From NCBI GenBank assembly GCA_037443265.1, contig JBBIOR010000003.1, forward strand, positions 1 through 64,000: a DNA stretch of 64,000 bases, given 5' to 3'. The stretch comes from Candidatus Fraserbacteria bacterium. GTDB taxonomy: Bacteria; Bipolaricaulota; Bipolaricaulia; RBG-16-55-9. Numbering within the stretch: position 1 is the first letter of the stretch; every line of letters starts with the position of its first letter. The notes below the pieces were generated by a model. That model did not search any database and had not been told where the DNA came from. It worked only from the letters and a program-made list of their open reading frames with translations. Shown piece by piece: positions 9,335 through 17,471 of this stretch. A program made the translations under genes and the position numbers.

Positions 9335-10323
9335 GCATGGAGCTCGATGATGTCCCCATCGCGGACCACGTGATCGCGCTCCACGCGCTGGCCGGGGAAC
9401 TCCGCTGAGCCCCAGATCCGGGCATATTGAAGTTTATGTGCTAGCTCGTGGTGGATCGCCTTCGCGACTTCTAACACGGTGCTCCCCTTAGGCAGCACAT
9501 ATGGGGCTTCTTTCGAGGGGGGCCGGCCGGGCTTCTTTGTATAGATACGCACGATCTCCAAGATCTGAAAGAGAGCGCGGCCCAGCTCCTCGAGCCCTTG
9601 ACGATGGTGTGCCGAAACGGCCACGAGCCCATACTCTTCACCATAGAGCTCTTGCAGCCTCTGGAAGGCCTCTAGCCCGGAGGGAGCGTCCAGTTTTGTG
9701 CCTATGAGAAGGGCTCTCTTCCTCAGCCCAGGGCCGGAAGAGTCGCTCGATGGCCAGCCCTGCGTACCCACAAGATGAATGCGTGTTTTTGCTAGGATCT
9801 CCAGCGCCTCTATGACGTCCGAAGCGGGGTCGGGCTGGCTGAGATCCGTCGTGAGAGCCACCGCATCCGCCTGGCGGATGAGAGTGAAGACCCAGGGCTC
9901 CGTGAACTGCGAAAGCGGCGGAAGATCAATCAGCTGAATTTGAACATCTTCAAACGGCATCATGCCCACGGTCGGGCGGAAGGTCGAGAACGGATAGTCG
10001 GCAATCTCGGGCTGGGCGTTGGTGACCGTAGCCAGCAGGGTCGATTTGCCGCTGTTAGGAAGTCCGGCGAGGGCAATCTGACCCGCGCCCTCTTTGTCGA
10101 TGTGCTCCCAGGTCTGGGCCCGAGTGGCTTTGGGTTTCTTCTGGGCCTCTTGCTGGAGCTTGCTCAGGCGCTTTTTGAGATCCACCCGCAGCCGCTCGGT
10201 CCCCTTGTGCTTGGGAACGAGCCTCAGCATGTCATTGAGGGCCTGGATCTTCTCCTCCACGGTCGAGGCCCGTCGGTAGCGTTGCTCCGCTTCGAGATAC
10301 TCCGGTGTGAGATTCGCAGGCAT
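9331..10323 (-). CDS. DRG/OBG-family GTPase with C-terminal TGS domain
   Basis: MPANLTPEY, PKHKGTE, GLPNSGKSTL, YPFST, DLPP, TKLD, YTKKPG..ARIWG. Confidence 0.9.
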   Translation of the reverse strand: MPANLTPEYLEAEQRYRRASTVEEKIQALNDMLRLVPKHKGTERLRVDLKKRLSKLQQEAQKKPKATRAQTWEHIDKEGAGQIALAGLPNSGKSTLLATVTNAQPEIADYPFSTFRPTVGMMPFEDVQIQLIDLPPLSQFTEPWVFTLIRQADAVALTTDLSQPDPASDVIEALEILAKTRIHLVGTQGWPSSDSSGPGLRKRALLIGTKLDAPSGLEAFQRLQELYGEEYGLVAVSAHHRQGLEELGRALFQILEIVRIYTKKPGRPPSKEAPYVLPKGSTVLEVAKAIHHELAHKLQYARIWGSAEFPGQRVERDHVVRDGDIIELHA

Positions 10324-10413
10324 AGGGTCTTTTTATCATAGCTCCTCTGAAAACCGAGATCAACCGCATTGGGTGTGAGGCGCTTATCTCTGTATAATAG
10401 AGAACTCGAGAGG

Positions 10414-11865
10414 ATGGACATGGGTGAGATCGAGCTTAGAAAGATTAGCGAGCACATCTGGGAGATCCCCCAGGAGGGGGGGATGTGGGTGCCTGCGCGT
10501 GTCTTTGCGAGCGAACAGCTCCTGGAGAAGATCAAACAAGACGCCACCCTTCAACAGCTCAAGAACGCGGCCCATCTTCCAGGCATTCACAAGTACGCCA
10601 TCGCCCTGCCCGACGCCCACCAGGGCTACGGCTTCCCGGTGGGCGGAGTGGCCGCCCTCGATGCGGAGGAGGGCGTCATCTCGCCCGGGGCCATCGGATA
10701 TGATATCAACTGTGGTGTTAGAATATGTAAGACAAACTTGGAATATAATGACTTCAAAGGCAGAGAGCAGCAGCTCGTCGATGTGCTCTTCGCTCAAATT
10801 CCAACGGGCATCGGCAAGGGGAGCCTCGTGGGCAGACTCTCGGAGCGGGAGTTGGATGAGGTGGCCCGTCTAGGCGTGAAGTGGGCCGTCCAGAAAGGCT
10901 ATGGTGTGGAAGAAGATCTGGCCCATTGTGAAGATGAGGGCTTCCGGCCCGGGGCCGATCCCTCGTGTGTCTCGGCCGAGGCCAAAGCGCGCGGCCGAGA
11001 ACAGCTAGGCTCTTTGGGCTCCGGCAATCATTTTTTGGAAGTCCAGAGGGTCTCTGAGATCTTCCATGAGGAGATCGCCCAAAGATACGGGCTCTTTAAA
11101 GATCAGATCGTCCTCATGATTCATTGTGGGTCGCGCGGCTATGGGCACCAGATCTGCACAGATTATCTAAGAAGAGTAGGGCAGGAGCATCGGGCTTTCA
11201 TCGAGAGCTTGCCGGATCGTGAGCTAGCCTGCGCTCCGGCCAGAAGCGCCGCGGCCCAAGATTATTATAAGGCCATGAACTGCGCGATCAACTACGCCTG
11301 GTGCAATCGGCAGCTCATCATGCACCGCGCGCGGGAGTGCTTTGAAAAAATCTTCCGCACGAGCTGGCGGGAGCTTGGGATGCATCTCTTCTACGACGTG
11401 GCACACAACATCGGCAAAAAAGAGGTGCACAAGATCAACGGAGGGGAGCGCGAGGTCTACGTGCATCGCAAGGGGGCAACGCGGGCGTTTCCTGCGGGGC
11501 GGCCGGAACTACCCAGGGTCTATCAGGACGTAGGCCAGCCGGTGATCATCCCTGGCTCGATGGGCACAGGATCTTATGTGCTATGCGGCACGCAGACGGC
11601 GCTCGATCTCACCTTCGGCAGCACGGCCCACGGAGCGGGAAGAGTGCTTTCGCGGACGAAGGCCACGAAGCAATGGCGGGCGGACGAGATCGTGCGTCAG
11701 CTCAAAGAGCGCGGGATCTATGTGCGCGGCCAGAGCAAGGCGACCATCGCTGAGGAGGCCCCCGGAGCCTACAAAGACCTCGACGAAGTCGTGAGGGTCT
11801 CGCATGAAGTGGGCATCGGCATAAGAGTCGCCAAGATGGTCCCCGTCTGCAACATCAAGGGTTGA
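10414..11865 (+). CDS. rtcB: RNA-splicing/repair ligase RtcB
   Basis: PDAHQGYGFPVG, GYDINCG, GSGNHF, HCGSRG, HNIGK, HRKGAT, HGAGR, EEAPGAYK. Confidence 0.96.
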   Translation: MDMGEIELRKISEHIWEIPQEGGMWVPARVFASEQLLEKIKQDATLQQLKNAAHLPGIHKYAIALPDAHQGYGFPVGGVAALDAEEGVISPGAIGYDINCGVRICKTNLEYNDFKGREQQLVDVLFAQIPTGIGKGSLVGRLSERELDEVARLGVKWAVQKGYGVEEDLAHCEDEGFRPGADPSCVSAEAKARGREQLGSLGSGNHFLEVQRVSEIFHEEIAQRYGLFKDQIVLMIHCGSRGYGHQICTDYLRRVGQEHRAFIESLPDRELACAPARSAAAQDYYKAMNCAINYAWCNRQLIMHRARECFEKIFRTSWRELGMHLFYDVAHNIGKKEVHKINGGEREVYVHRKGATRAFPAGRPELPRVYQDVGQPVIIPGSMGTGSYVLCGTQTALDLTFGSTAHGAGRVLSRTKATKQWRADEIVRQLKERGIYVRGQSKATIAEEAPGAYKDLDEVVRVSHEVGIGIRVAKMVPVCNIKG

Positions 11866-11889
11866 CAGCCCACAGGAGAGGACCCATGG

Positions 11890-12471
11890 GTGAAATATAA
11901 GAGCTCAACTGCCATCATGGAGGAGCGGGTGCGTGAGTGGCTCCTCTGGCTGGGAGAAGACCCCAAGCGCGAGGGCCTGCGCGAGACCCCTGGACGTGTC
12001 GTGGAGCTCTATGAGGAACTCACGCAGGGCTATCGCGTCAATTTGCAAGAGATTGTGGGAGATGCGATCTTCACGGTCGATTATGACTCGATGGTCGTCC
12101 TTAAGGACATTGAGTTCTACAGCTTGTGCGAGCACCACCTCGTCCCGTTCTTCGGCCATGTGCATGTGGGCTACATCCCCAAGGGTCGAGTGATGGGGGC
12201 GAGCAAGATCCCGCGTGTGGTGGACGCATTCGCCAAGAGATTGCAGCTCCAGGAGCGCATGACGGAGGAGATCGCCCGCTTCTTGGAAGGGGCGATCCAG
12301 CCCCTGGGTCTAGGCGTGGTCGTCGAGGGGATGCATCTTTGCCTGGCCATGCGCGGGGTGGAGAAGCGGGAGGCATGGATGGTCACCAGCGCCATGAAGG
12401 GATCGTTCCGGAAAGACGCCAAGACGCGGTCAGAATTTTTGCAGTTCATCGCTCCGCGCTTGGAGCGATGA
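11890..12471 (+). CDS. folE: GTP cyclohydrolase I
   Basis: REGLRETP, SLCEHHLVPF, RLQLQER, HLCLAMRG. Confidence 0.96.
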   Translation: MKYKSSTAIMEERVREWLLWLGEDPKREGLRETPGRVVELYEELTQGYRVNLQEIVGDAIFTVDYDSMVVLKDIEFYSLCEHHLVPFFGHVHVGYIPKGRVMGASKIPRVVDAFAKRLQLQERMTEEIARFLEGAIQPLGLGVVVEGMHLCLAMRGVEKREAWMVTSAMKGSFRKDAKTRSEFLQFIAPRLER

Positions 12472-12640
12472 CCTGCTCGGCCCGTTCCGTGGGCGAGGGC
12501 TAGCGACTCGTCCACGAGCAGGGGGAGGGAAACCAACGGCGTTGGTCATCCGGACCCGAAGGAGGCAGACGCAAAGCCATTGGAGGGCTGCCGCTTGGGC
12601 CGAGCAGGTCATCTATGACGTCTTCCATTTTTATAATCGC
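12461..12640 (-). ncRNA. Unassigned structured RNA (6S-like candidate)
   Basis: Perfect 17-bp closing stem 12467-12483/12597-12613, nested stems and a C(UUCG)G loop on the minus strand, consensus promoter upstream. Confidence 0.55.
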
Positions 12641-12646
12641 GCAATG

Positions 12647-12676
12647 ATTATATCATAGGATATTCTGTCTTGTCAA
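12647..12676 (-). promoter_or_regulatory. Sigma70-type promoter with no downstream CDS
   Basis: TTGACA (12676-12671), 18 nt, then TGn-TATAAT (12652-12647). Confidence 0.75.
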
Positions 12677-12685
12677 GGGGTGGAG

Positions 12686-13573
12686 TCAGTGTTCATATCC
12701 GCGATCTTCCAGCTTGCAAACTCTTCCGTTCTCTTCGATCCAGACGCCCTTTGGAACGACCTCCCCAATGATCGTGAACCGAGTGGCCCTCGTGGCCTCT
12801 TTGAGGCGTGGCGGCGGGATCGTGAAGAGTAGCTCGAAGTCCTCGCCGGTGTAGAGCGCTATCTCCCGGAGTTCTTGCGGGCTTTGGGCGAGTTCATTCG
12901 CTTCAGGGCGAAGGGGTAGATCGCGATAGCGTACGCGAAAGCCCACATGGCTCGCCTCAGCCAGCTGATACAATGAGCGCGCCAGCCCATCGCTGATGTC
13001 CATCATGCTCGTGGCATAGGGAGCCAAGGCGAACCCTTCCGCCACCCGGGGGACGAACTCAAATAGCTCGTTGGCTCGCTTAAGCTCTCCCCGCTCGAAG
13101 AGCTTCAAGGCCACGGCTGTTGCTCCCAGTCCTCCGGTGATACCCACGAGATCTCCGGGCCGAGCGCCACTACGCCTGACGGGCCGGCGCGCCTCTCCCA
13201 GAGCGGAACTCACGAGCGTCAGCTCCGCATGGCGCGAGAGATCCCCGCCCACATAGGGGGCCTGCACACTCTGGCAGCAGTCGAGCGCACCTTGCAACAA
13301 TCCCTCCAGAAAACGGCGCTCAAACTCTGGAGCCCCCAAGGCCAAGACGACGCCCAGGGGCTTGGCCCCCATCGCGGCGATGTCGCTGAGCGTCACAGCC
13401 ACAGCCCGCCACCCGATCGCATGAGCGGTAGCGCCCTCGGGCAGATCCGCTCCTCTCCAGAGCATGTCCGTGGTCAGTACCAGCTGAGTCTTCCCTAAAG
13501 GGATGACAGCGCCATCATCCCCCACAGTGGGGAGTTTTTTGGCTAAAAATCTCAGAACTTGACGCTCTTTCAT
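12686..13573 (-). CDS. thiL: Thiamine-monophosphate kinase
   Basis: GDDGA, TTDML, SDIAAMGA, VGGDL, DISDGL, GEDFELLFT. Confidence 0.95.
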   Translation of the reverse strand: MKERQVLRFLAKKLPTVGDDGAVIPLGKTQLVLTTDMLWRGADLPEGATAHAIGWRAVAVTLSDIAAMGAKPLGVVLALGAPEFERRFLEGLLQGALDCCQSVQAPYVGGDLSRHAELTLVSSALGEARRPVRRSGARPGDLVGITGGLGATAVALKLFERGELKRANELFEFVPRVAEGFALAPYATSMMDISDGLARSLYQLAEASHVGFRVRYRDLPLRPEANELAQSPQELREIALYTGEDFELLFTIPPPRLKEATRATRFTIIGEVVPKGVWIEENGRVCKLEDRGYEH

Positions 13574-13631
13574 CGCCACTATCCTAGCAGACTCCCCTCC
13601 CTTAGGGAAAGACTAGAGGACCCGGGGGGAC

Positions 13632-13661
13632 TTGACAGGGCCCTATAGCGTGTGCTAACAT
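13632..13661 (+). promoter_or_regulatory. Sigma70 promoter of the riboswitch leader
   Basis: TTGACA, 18 nt, TG-C-TAACAT. Confidence 0.65.
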
Positions 13662-13676
13662 TACGCCCGTATCCGA

Positions 13677-13765
13677 ACCCGATAAAGGCAAACCCAGCGA
13701 AAGCTGGGAGCGCAAAGCCACAGGCCTAAAGGAAGGTTCCTATGGCAGCTGGGCTGCCGAAGGTG
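13677..13765 (+). promoter_or_regulatory. c-di-GMP-I (GEMM) riboswitch
   Basis: GGCAAACCCAGC-GAAA-GCTGGGAGCGCAAAGCCACAGGCCTAAA...ATGGCAGCTGGGCTGCCGAA matches the GEMM consensus (GNRA loop, CCTAA/ATGG receptor, GCAAAGCC, CCGA). Confidence 0.9.
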
Positions 13766-13870
13766 AGGGGCATTGTACATCGTCTGTAGATGGGCTAGGG
13801 TGTGTTATCCACGACGCACGGGCAGGGTCTTCTTCTCCCAACCTCCTTGCAGGCAGGAAACGCTTGGCCA

Positions 13871-13902
13871 GCTTGGGCGCTCTTTGGGTCTTCGGTCCTC
13901 CG
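13871..13902 (+). repeat. Dispersed 32-nt repeat, copy 1
   Basis: GCTTGGG(C/T)GCTCTTTGGGTCTTCGGTCCTCCG; 31/32 identical to 37434-37465. Confidence 0.85.
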
Positions 13903-13918
13903 AGCTCCCAGAGTTTTT

Positions 13919-13957
13919 CCCACGGGCCCACCTCCTTACATTCTCCGTGGGTTTTTT
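13919..13957 (+). terminator. Possible intrinsic terminator in the riboswitch leader
   Basis: CCCACGG/CCGTGGG stem followed by T6; long 19-nt loop. Confidence 0.4.
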
Positions 13958-14212
13958 GCTCAGGAGTCGGGGGGCTGCCCACTGGTCAAGCGCTCTTTCC
14001 TGCTTAAGGGGAGAGGGGAAAAGAGTGGAGGGACAAGCCGCAGGCCATGCTTGGGGTCTTATAAGATGCCTCTCGGAGGGCGCTCTTAGTGTGGCCTGCG
14101 GTCCTCTCTCTTAGCCTGCGCGCGCCAGCAGGGCCCGGCTGAGAGACGAACGGGACGGAGCGGAGGTGACGAGGCGAGGTCTAAAAAGGGGGCTGGGTAT
14201 GCCTGAAGGAGG

Positions 14213-14515
14213 TTGGCCATGGCTAGGTGGCTAGTGGGATCGTCTGCGTGGTTCATCTTTCTGTCTATGCTGGCCTCAATCGGACCCTGGGCTTTGGTTT
14301 CCGGCCAAGTCCCATCCACAATCCCAAGCGTTGTGGTGCGCCAAAACGGTCTCTCTTGGGAGGTCCGTCCCCTGGTGGGAAAAGAGTCTCCTTGGAATTT
14401 CTATGCCTACAGAGAATTTCGCAGCCACAACCCTCTCGTTCAAACCAATGGGAGCTTGATCTTTCTCTACTACTATGAAGCAGATCCAGCGGCCGGAGGG
14501 GGACTCTATCTCGTC
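14213..14515 (+). CDS. Secreted hypothetical protein, truncated by the scaffold gap at 14516-14615
   Basis: GAAGGAGG RBS, signal-peptide-like N-terminus, runs into Ns. Confidence 0.65.
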
Positions 14516-14635
14516 NNNNNNNNNNNNNNNNNNNNNNNNNNNNNNNNNNNNNNNNNNNNNNNNNNNNNNNNNNNNNNNNNNNNNNNNNNNNNNNNNNNNN
14601 NNNNNNNNNNNNNNNCCCTGCCGTAGAGCAGTGCG

Positions 14636-15079
14636 CTACTTGCGCTCGGCGCACGTGAGCGTAGAGATAGTGACGACTGGATCTAGACCCTTTGTGCTGA
14701 CTTCTCCCACAATCGTGTAGGGCATGGGCTTCGGGCAGCGAACGCGATAGCTGAAGGTCTTAGTGGTGCCGGCGGAGGGCTCGAGGATCACGCCCTTGAG
14801 GGTATCCTCTTGAGCGATCGTGAAGCCTGACCCGGCGTCTACTAGAGTGAGGCCGGGGAAGAGTTCTTTCACCAAGACGGCCGGCAAGGTCCGCTCGACC
14901 CGGATGGTAAGCCGCACGGTGAACGTCTCGCCTACGAAGACCTGGGCGGGCACCTCGCGCCAGACCTGGAGCACGGCCTTCCCCGGCAGAGGGGGTGGGA
15001 CCTTCGTATGCAGACAAGCGCTGATAAGAGCCATCGCCATCGAGCACAAGAGGACAAGCAGGACATATCTGAATTTCAT
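14636..15079 (-). CDS. Lipoprotein with Ig-like domain
   Basis: MKFRY..LISAC lipobox; V.VGETFTVRLTI beta pattern. Confidence 0.7.
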   Translation of the reverse strand: MKFRYVLLVLLCSMAMALISACLHTKVPPPLPGKAVLQVWREVPAQVFVGETFTVRLTIRVERTLPAVLVKELFPGLTLVDAGSGFTIAQEDTLKGVILEPSAGTTKTFSYRVRCPKPMPYTIVGEVSTKGLDPVVTISTLTCAERK

Positions 15080-15154
15080 AGCAAAGACGCAGACTCCTTT
15101 CTCGTGGCCCGCCTTCGGCCACTAAAATAGCAGAGTCTGGGCAGGATCTCAATC

Positions 15155-16144
15155 TCATGATATGGCCCATTCGACCGCCTCACGCGCGGCGCGGAGATTG
15201 GCCTCGGGTGTAGTGGTGAGGGTAACGCAGCCTGCGCCGATGATCACGCGCACCCCGCCCGTCTGCTCCAGGGCATCCCGCACTTGGGCCTGAACGTCTT
15301 CAGGCGTGCCGGTTAGCAGTGTATTTGACCGATGGAGTCCGCCGAGCACGGCTCCTCTGCGGAAGAGCCGCTGGCCTTCTGCCAGCGATGGTCTGGTCTC
15401 CCGATCGTGCCAGTTGACGACCTGCACGGGATAGAGGCTCACGAGCCCGAACATCGGGCTCGTGCCGTGCAGATGTAGCAGCAAGAGCTTGGCCCGACCG
15501 CGCACGCACTCTAGAATGGGAATATCGAACTCCACGCCGAACTCGCGATATTCCTCGTTGCTTAAGAGATCATGGCTGGCTAGCTGGGTGGCGAAGAAGA
15601 TCCCATCGGCGCCGCGCTCCAGGCACGCGATCGCGAAGCGCGCAGTCGTTTCAGTTATGGTGCGCAGGCCAGCCTTCAGATCATCAGGATACTTCCGCAG
15701 ATGCTCAAACACGAGCTCTCCCGAGAGCTGTTGGGCGCTCGTGAGCGGACTGAAGATCGTCTGCAAGACGTGGACATCCTCGCCCACGCCCTGGCGAATG
15801 AGCTCAAGAGCGCGAAGCTCGCGCCCGAAGACGCCTGCTGTTACCTCAAGAGCCGTTAAATGATGCCAGTCCTGGGGGCGTTGCACAGGGCGGAAGAGAT
15901 ACGCGCGGGTGCCCTCCGCGTTGTGGGCGGGCCGAAGCTTCGCGCCCCAGGCCTCGGCAGGGTAGCCGGAGGCGGGAGTCACTTTCACAAGATCGAAATT
16001 GAATCTCTTCTGGAACTCGATGGTGGCTTGAGCGAGGCCCTCGGCGGTCTGGTCTTTCATCGGAAAATGTCGCCAGAGGGCGATGGGGACACGATCGGGC
16101 TGCTCGCCTCGAATGGCTGCTTCCATGCGCTCGCGATGGGTCAT
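15155..16144 (-). CDS. Uroporphyrinogen decarboxylase (URO-D/MtaA-CmuA) family protein
   Basis: MTHRERM...PDRVP, QTIFSPLT, LHLHG, IIGAGC. Confidence 0.85.
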   Translation of the reverse strand: MTHRERMEAAIRGEQPDRVPIALWRHFPMKDQTAEGLAQATIEFQKRFNFDLVKVTPASGYPAEAWGAKLRPAHNAEGTRAYLFRPVQRPQDWHHLTALEVTAGVFGRELRALELIRQGVGEDVHVLQTIFSPLTSAQQLSGELVFEHLRKYPDDLKAGLRTITETTARFAIACLERGADGIFFATQLASHDLLSNEEYREFGVEFDIPILECVRGRAKLLLLHLHGTSPMFGLVSLYPVQVVNWHDRETRPSLAEGQRLFRRGAVLGGLHRSNTLLTGTPEDVQAQVRDALEQTGGVRVIIGAGCVTLTTTPEANLRAAREAVEWAIS

Positions 16145-16183
16145 GTGCTATCATCTCTAGTCTAATCAGACAAGGAGGTCCGG

Positions 16184-17471
16184 ATGCAACTTCCCAAAAT
16201 CTACCAAGAGATCGACCGTCGCAAGAGCGCTCATCTGAAGGATCTCAAAAAGCTGCTTCAGCAGCCGAGCGTCAGCCCCCAAAATATCGGCGTAGAAAGA
16301 TGCGCTCAACTTGTCGCTCAGTTTCTTAGGCGCCTGGGGTGTCAGAGCGTTCAGGTCGTGCCCACCCCAGGCCATCCCGTGGTCTACGGCCAATACCATG
16401 CAGGAGCGCCTAAGACGCTCATGGCCTATCTCATGTACGACACGCAGCCTTTTGATGAGCCCGGCTGGACACACGATCCCATGGGTGCAGAGCTTGTCCC
16501 TNNNNNNNNNNNNNNNNNNNNNNNNNNNNNNNNNNNNNNNNNNNNNNNNNNNNNNNNNNNNNNNNNNNNNNNNNNNNNNNNNNNNNNNNNNNNNNNNNNN
16601 NGCCTTTTGATGAGCCCGGCTGGACACACGATCCCATGGGTGCAGAGCTTGTCCCTATGAAGCTGCCGTCGGGCCAAGTGACGGCGCTCGTCAACCGCGG
16701 CGCCGTCAACAGCAAAGGCCCGTTGATGGCCTTCTTGCACGCCATCGAAGCGATGCGCGCCGTCGAGGGCGAGCTGCCCTCATGACGGACGAGACGGGAA
16801 ATCACATCACGATCGAGGGCTTTTATGATGATGTCTCAGAGCCTTCGCTCGAGGAGAAGGCACTCATCGAAAAACTCGTTGAGACGTTCGATGCTCGCCC
16901 CATCAAAGAGGTGAATAGAGTCTCGCGCTTCAGCGTGGACGAGAGTGATAAAGAAAAGCTGCTTCGGACGTATCTCTATGGGACGACGCTCAACATCGAT
17001 GGGATCTGGGGTGGTTACACGGGGCCTGGCTCGAAGACCGTTTTGCCTCATAAAGTGACTGTAAAGATGGACATACGCTTGGTTCCGCATCAGAAGCCGG
17101 AGAAGATGCTCAAGCTGGTGCGGGCTCATCTCGATGGGCACGGCTATCGAGATATTCAAATTCGGGCGATGGATGCCTACGGCTGGGCTCAGACGGATTT
17201 CAAAGCTCCTGTTGTCCAGTCTGTGATTCGAGCCTGTCGGGATCTCGGGCATGAGCCTGAGATTTGGCCCAGAATCGGCGGCAGCGCGCCGTTCTATCTC
17301 TTCACGGAAGTGCTGAAGATCCCCTTCACGATGGGGGTCTTGGGGCATGGCGGCCGGGCTCATAGCCCCGACGAGTACATCGTCTGGGAAGGCAACGGCA
17401 AAGTGGAAGGCTACGACGGAGCCGTCAAGTCCATCGTGGCGTTTTTGCATCATTGGGACAGGCAGCTTTAG
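16184..17471 (+). pseudogene. M20 peptidase/deacylase with an artefactual gap and an out-of-frame internal deletion near 16781
   Basis: QQPSVS, GHPVVYG, MYDTQP, RGAVNSKG, then ELPS* joined to MTDETG..IEGFYD..KTVLP..DIRLVP..AHSPDE. 16447-16501 is duplicated at 16602-16656. Confidence 0.7.

Noticed and set aside
10414..11865. RtcB as the ligase for the tmRNA intron
   Set aside because: Group I introns self-ligate their exons; RtcB is not needed
12547..12572. SRP RNA-like motif CCGGACCCGAAGGAGGCAG on the plus strand
   Set aside because: It differs from CAGG/GGAA/AGCA at the conserved positions, and the promoter and most G-U pairs favour the minus strand
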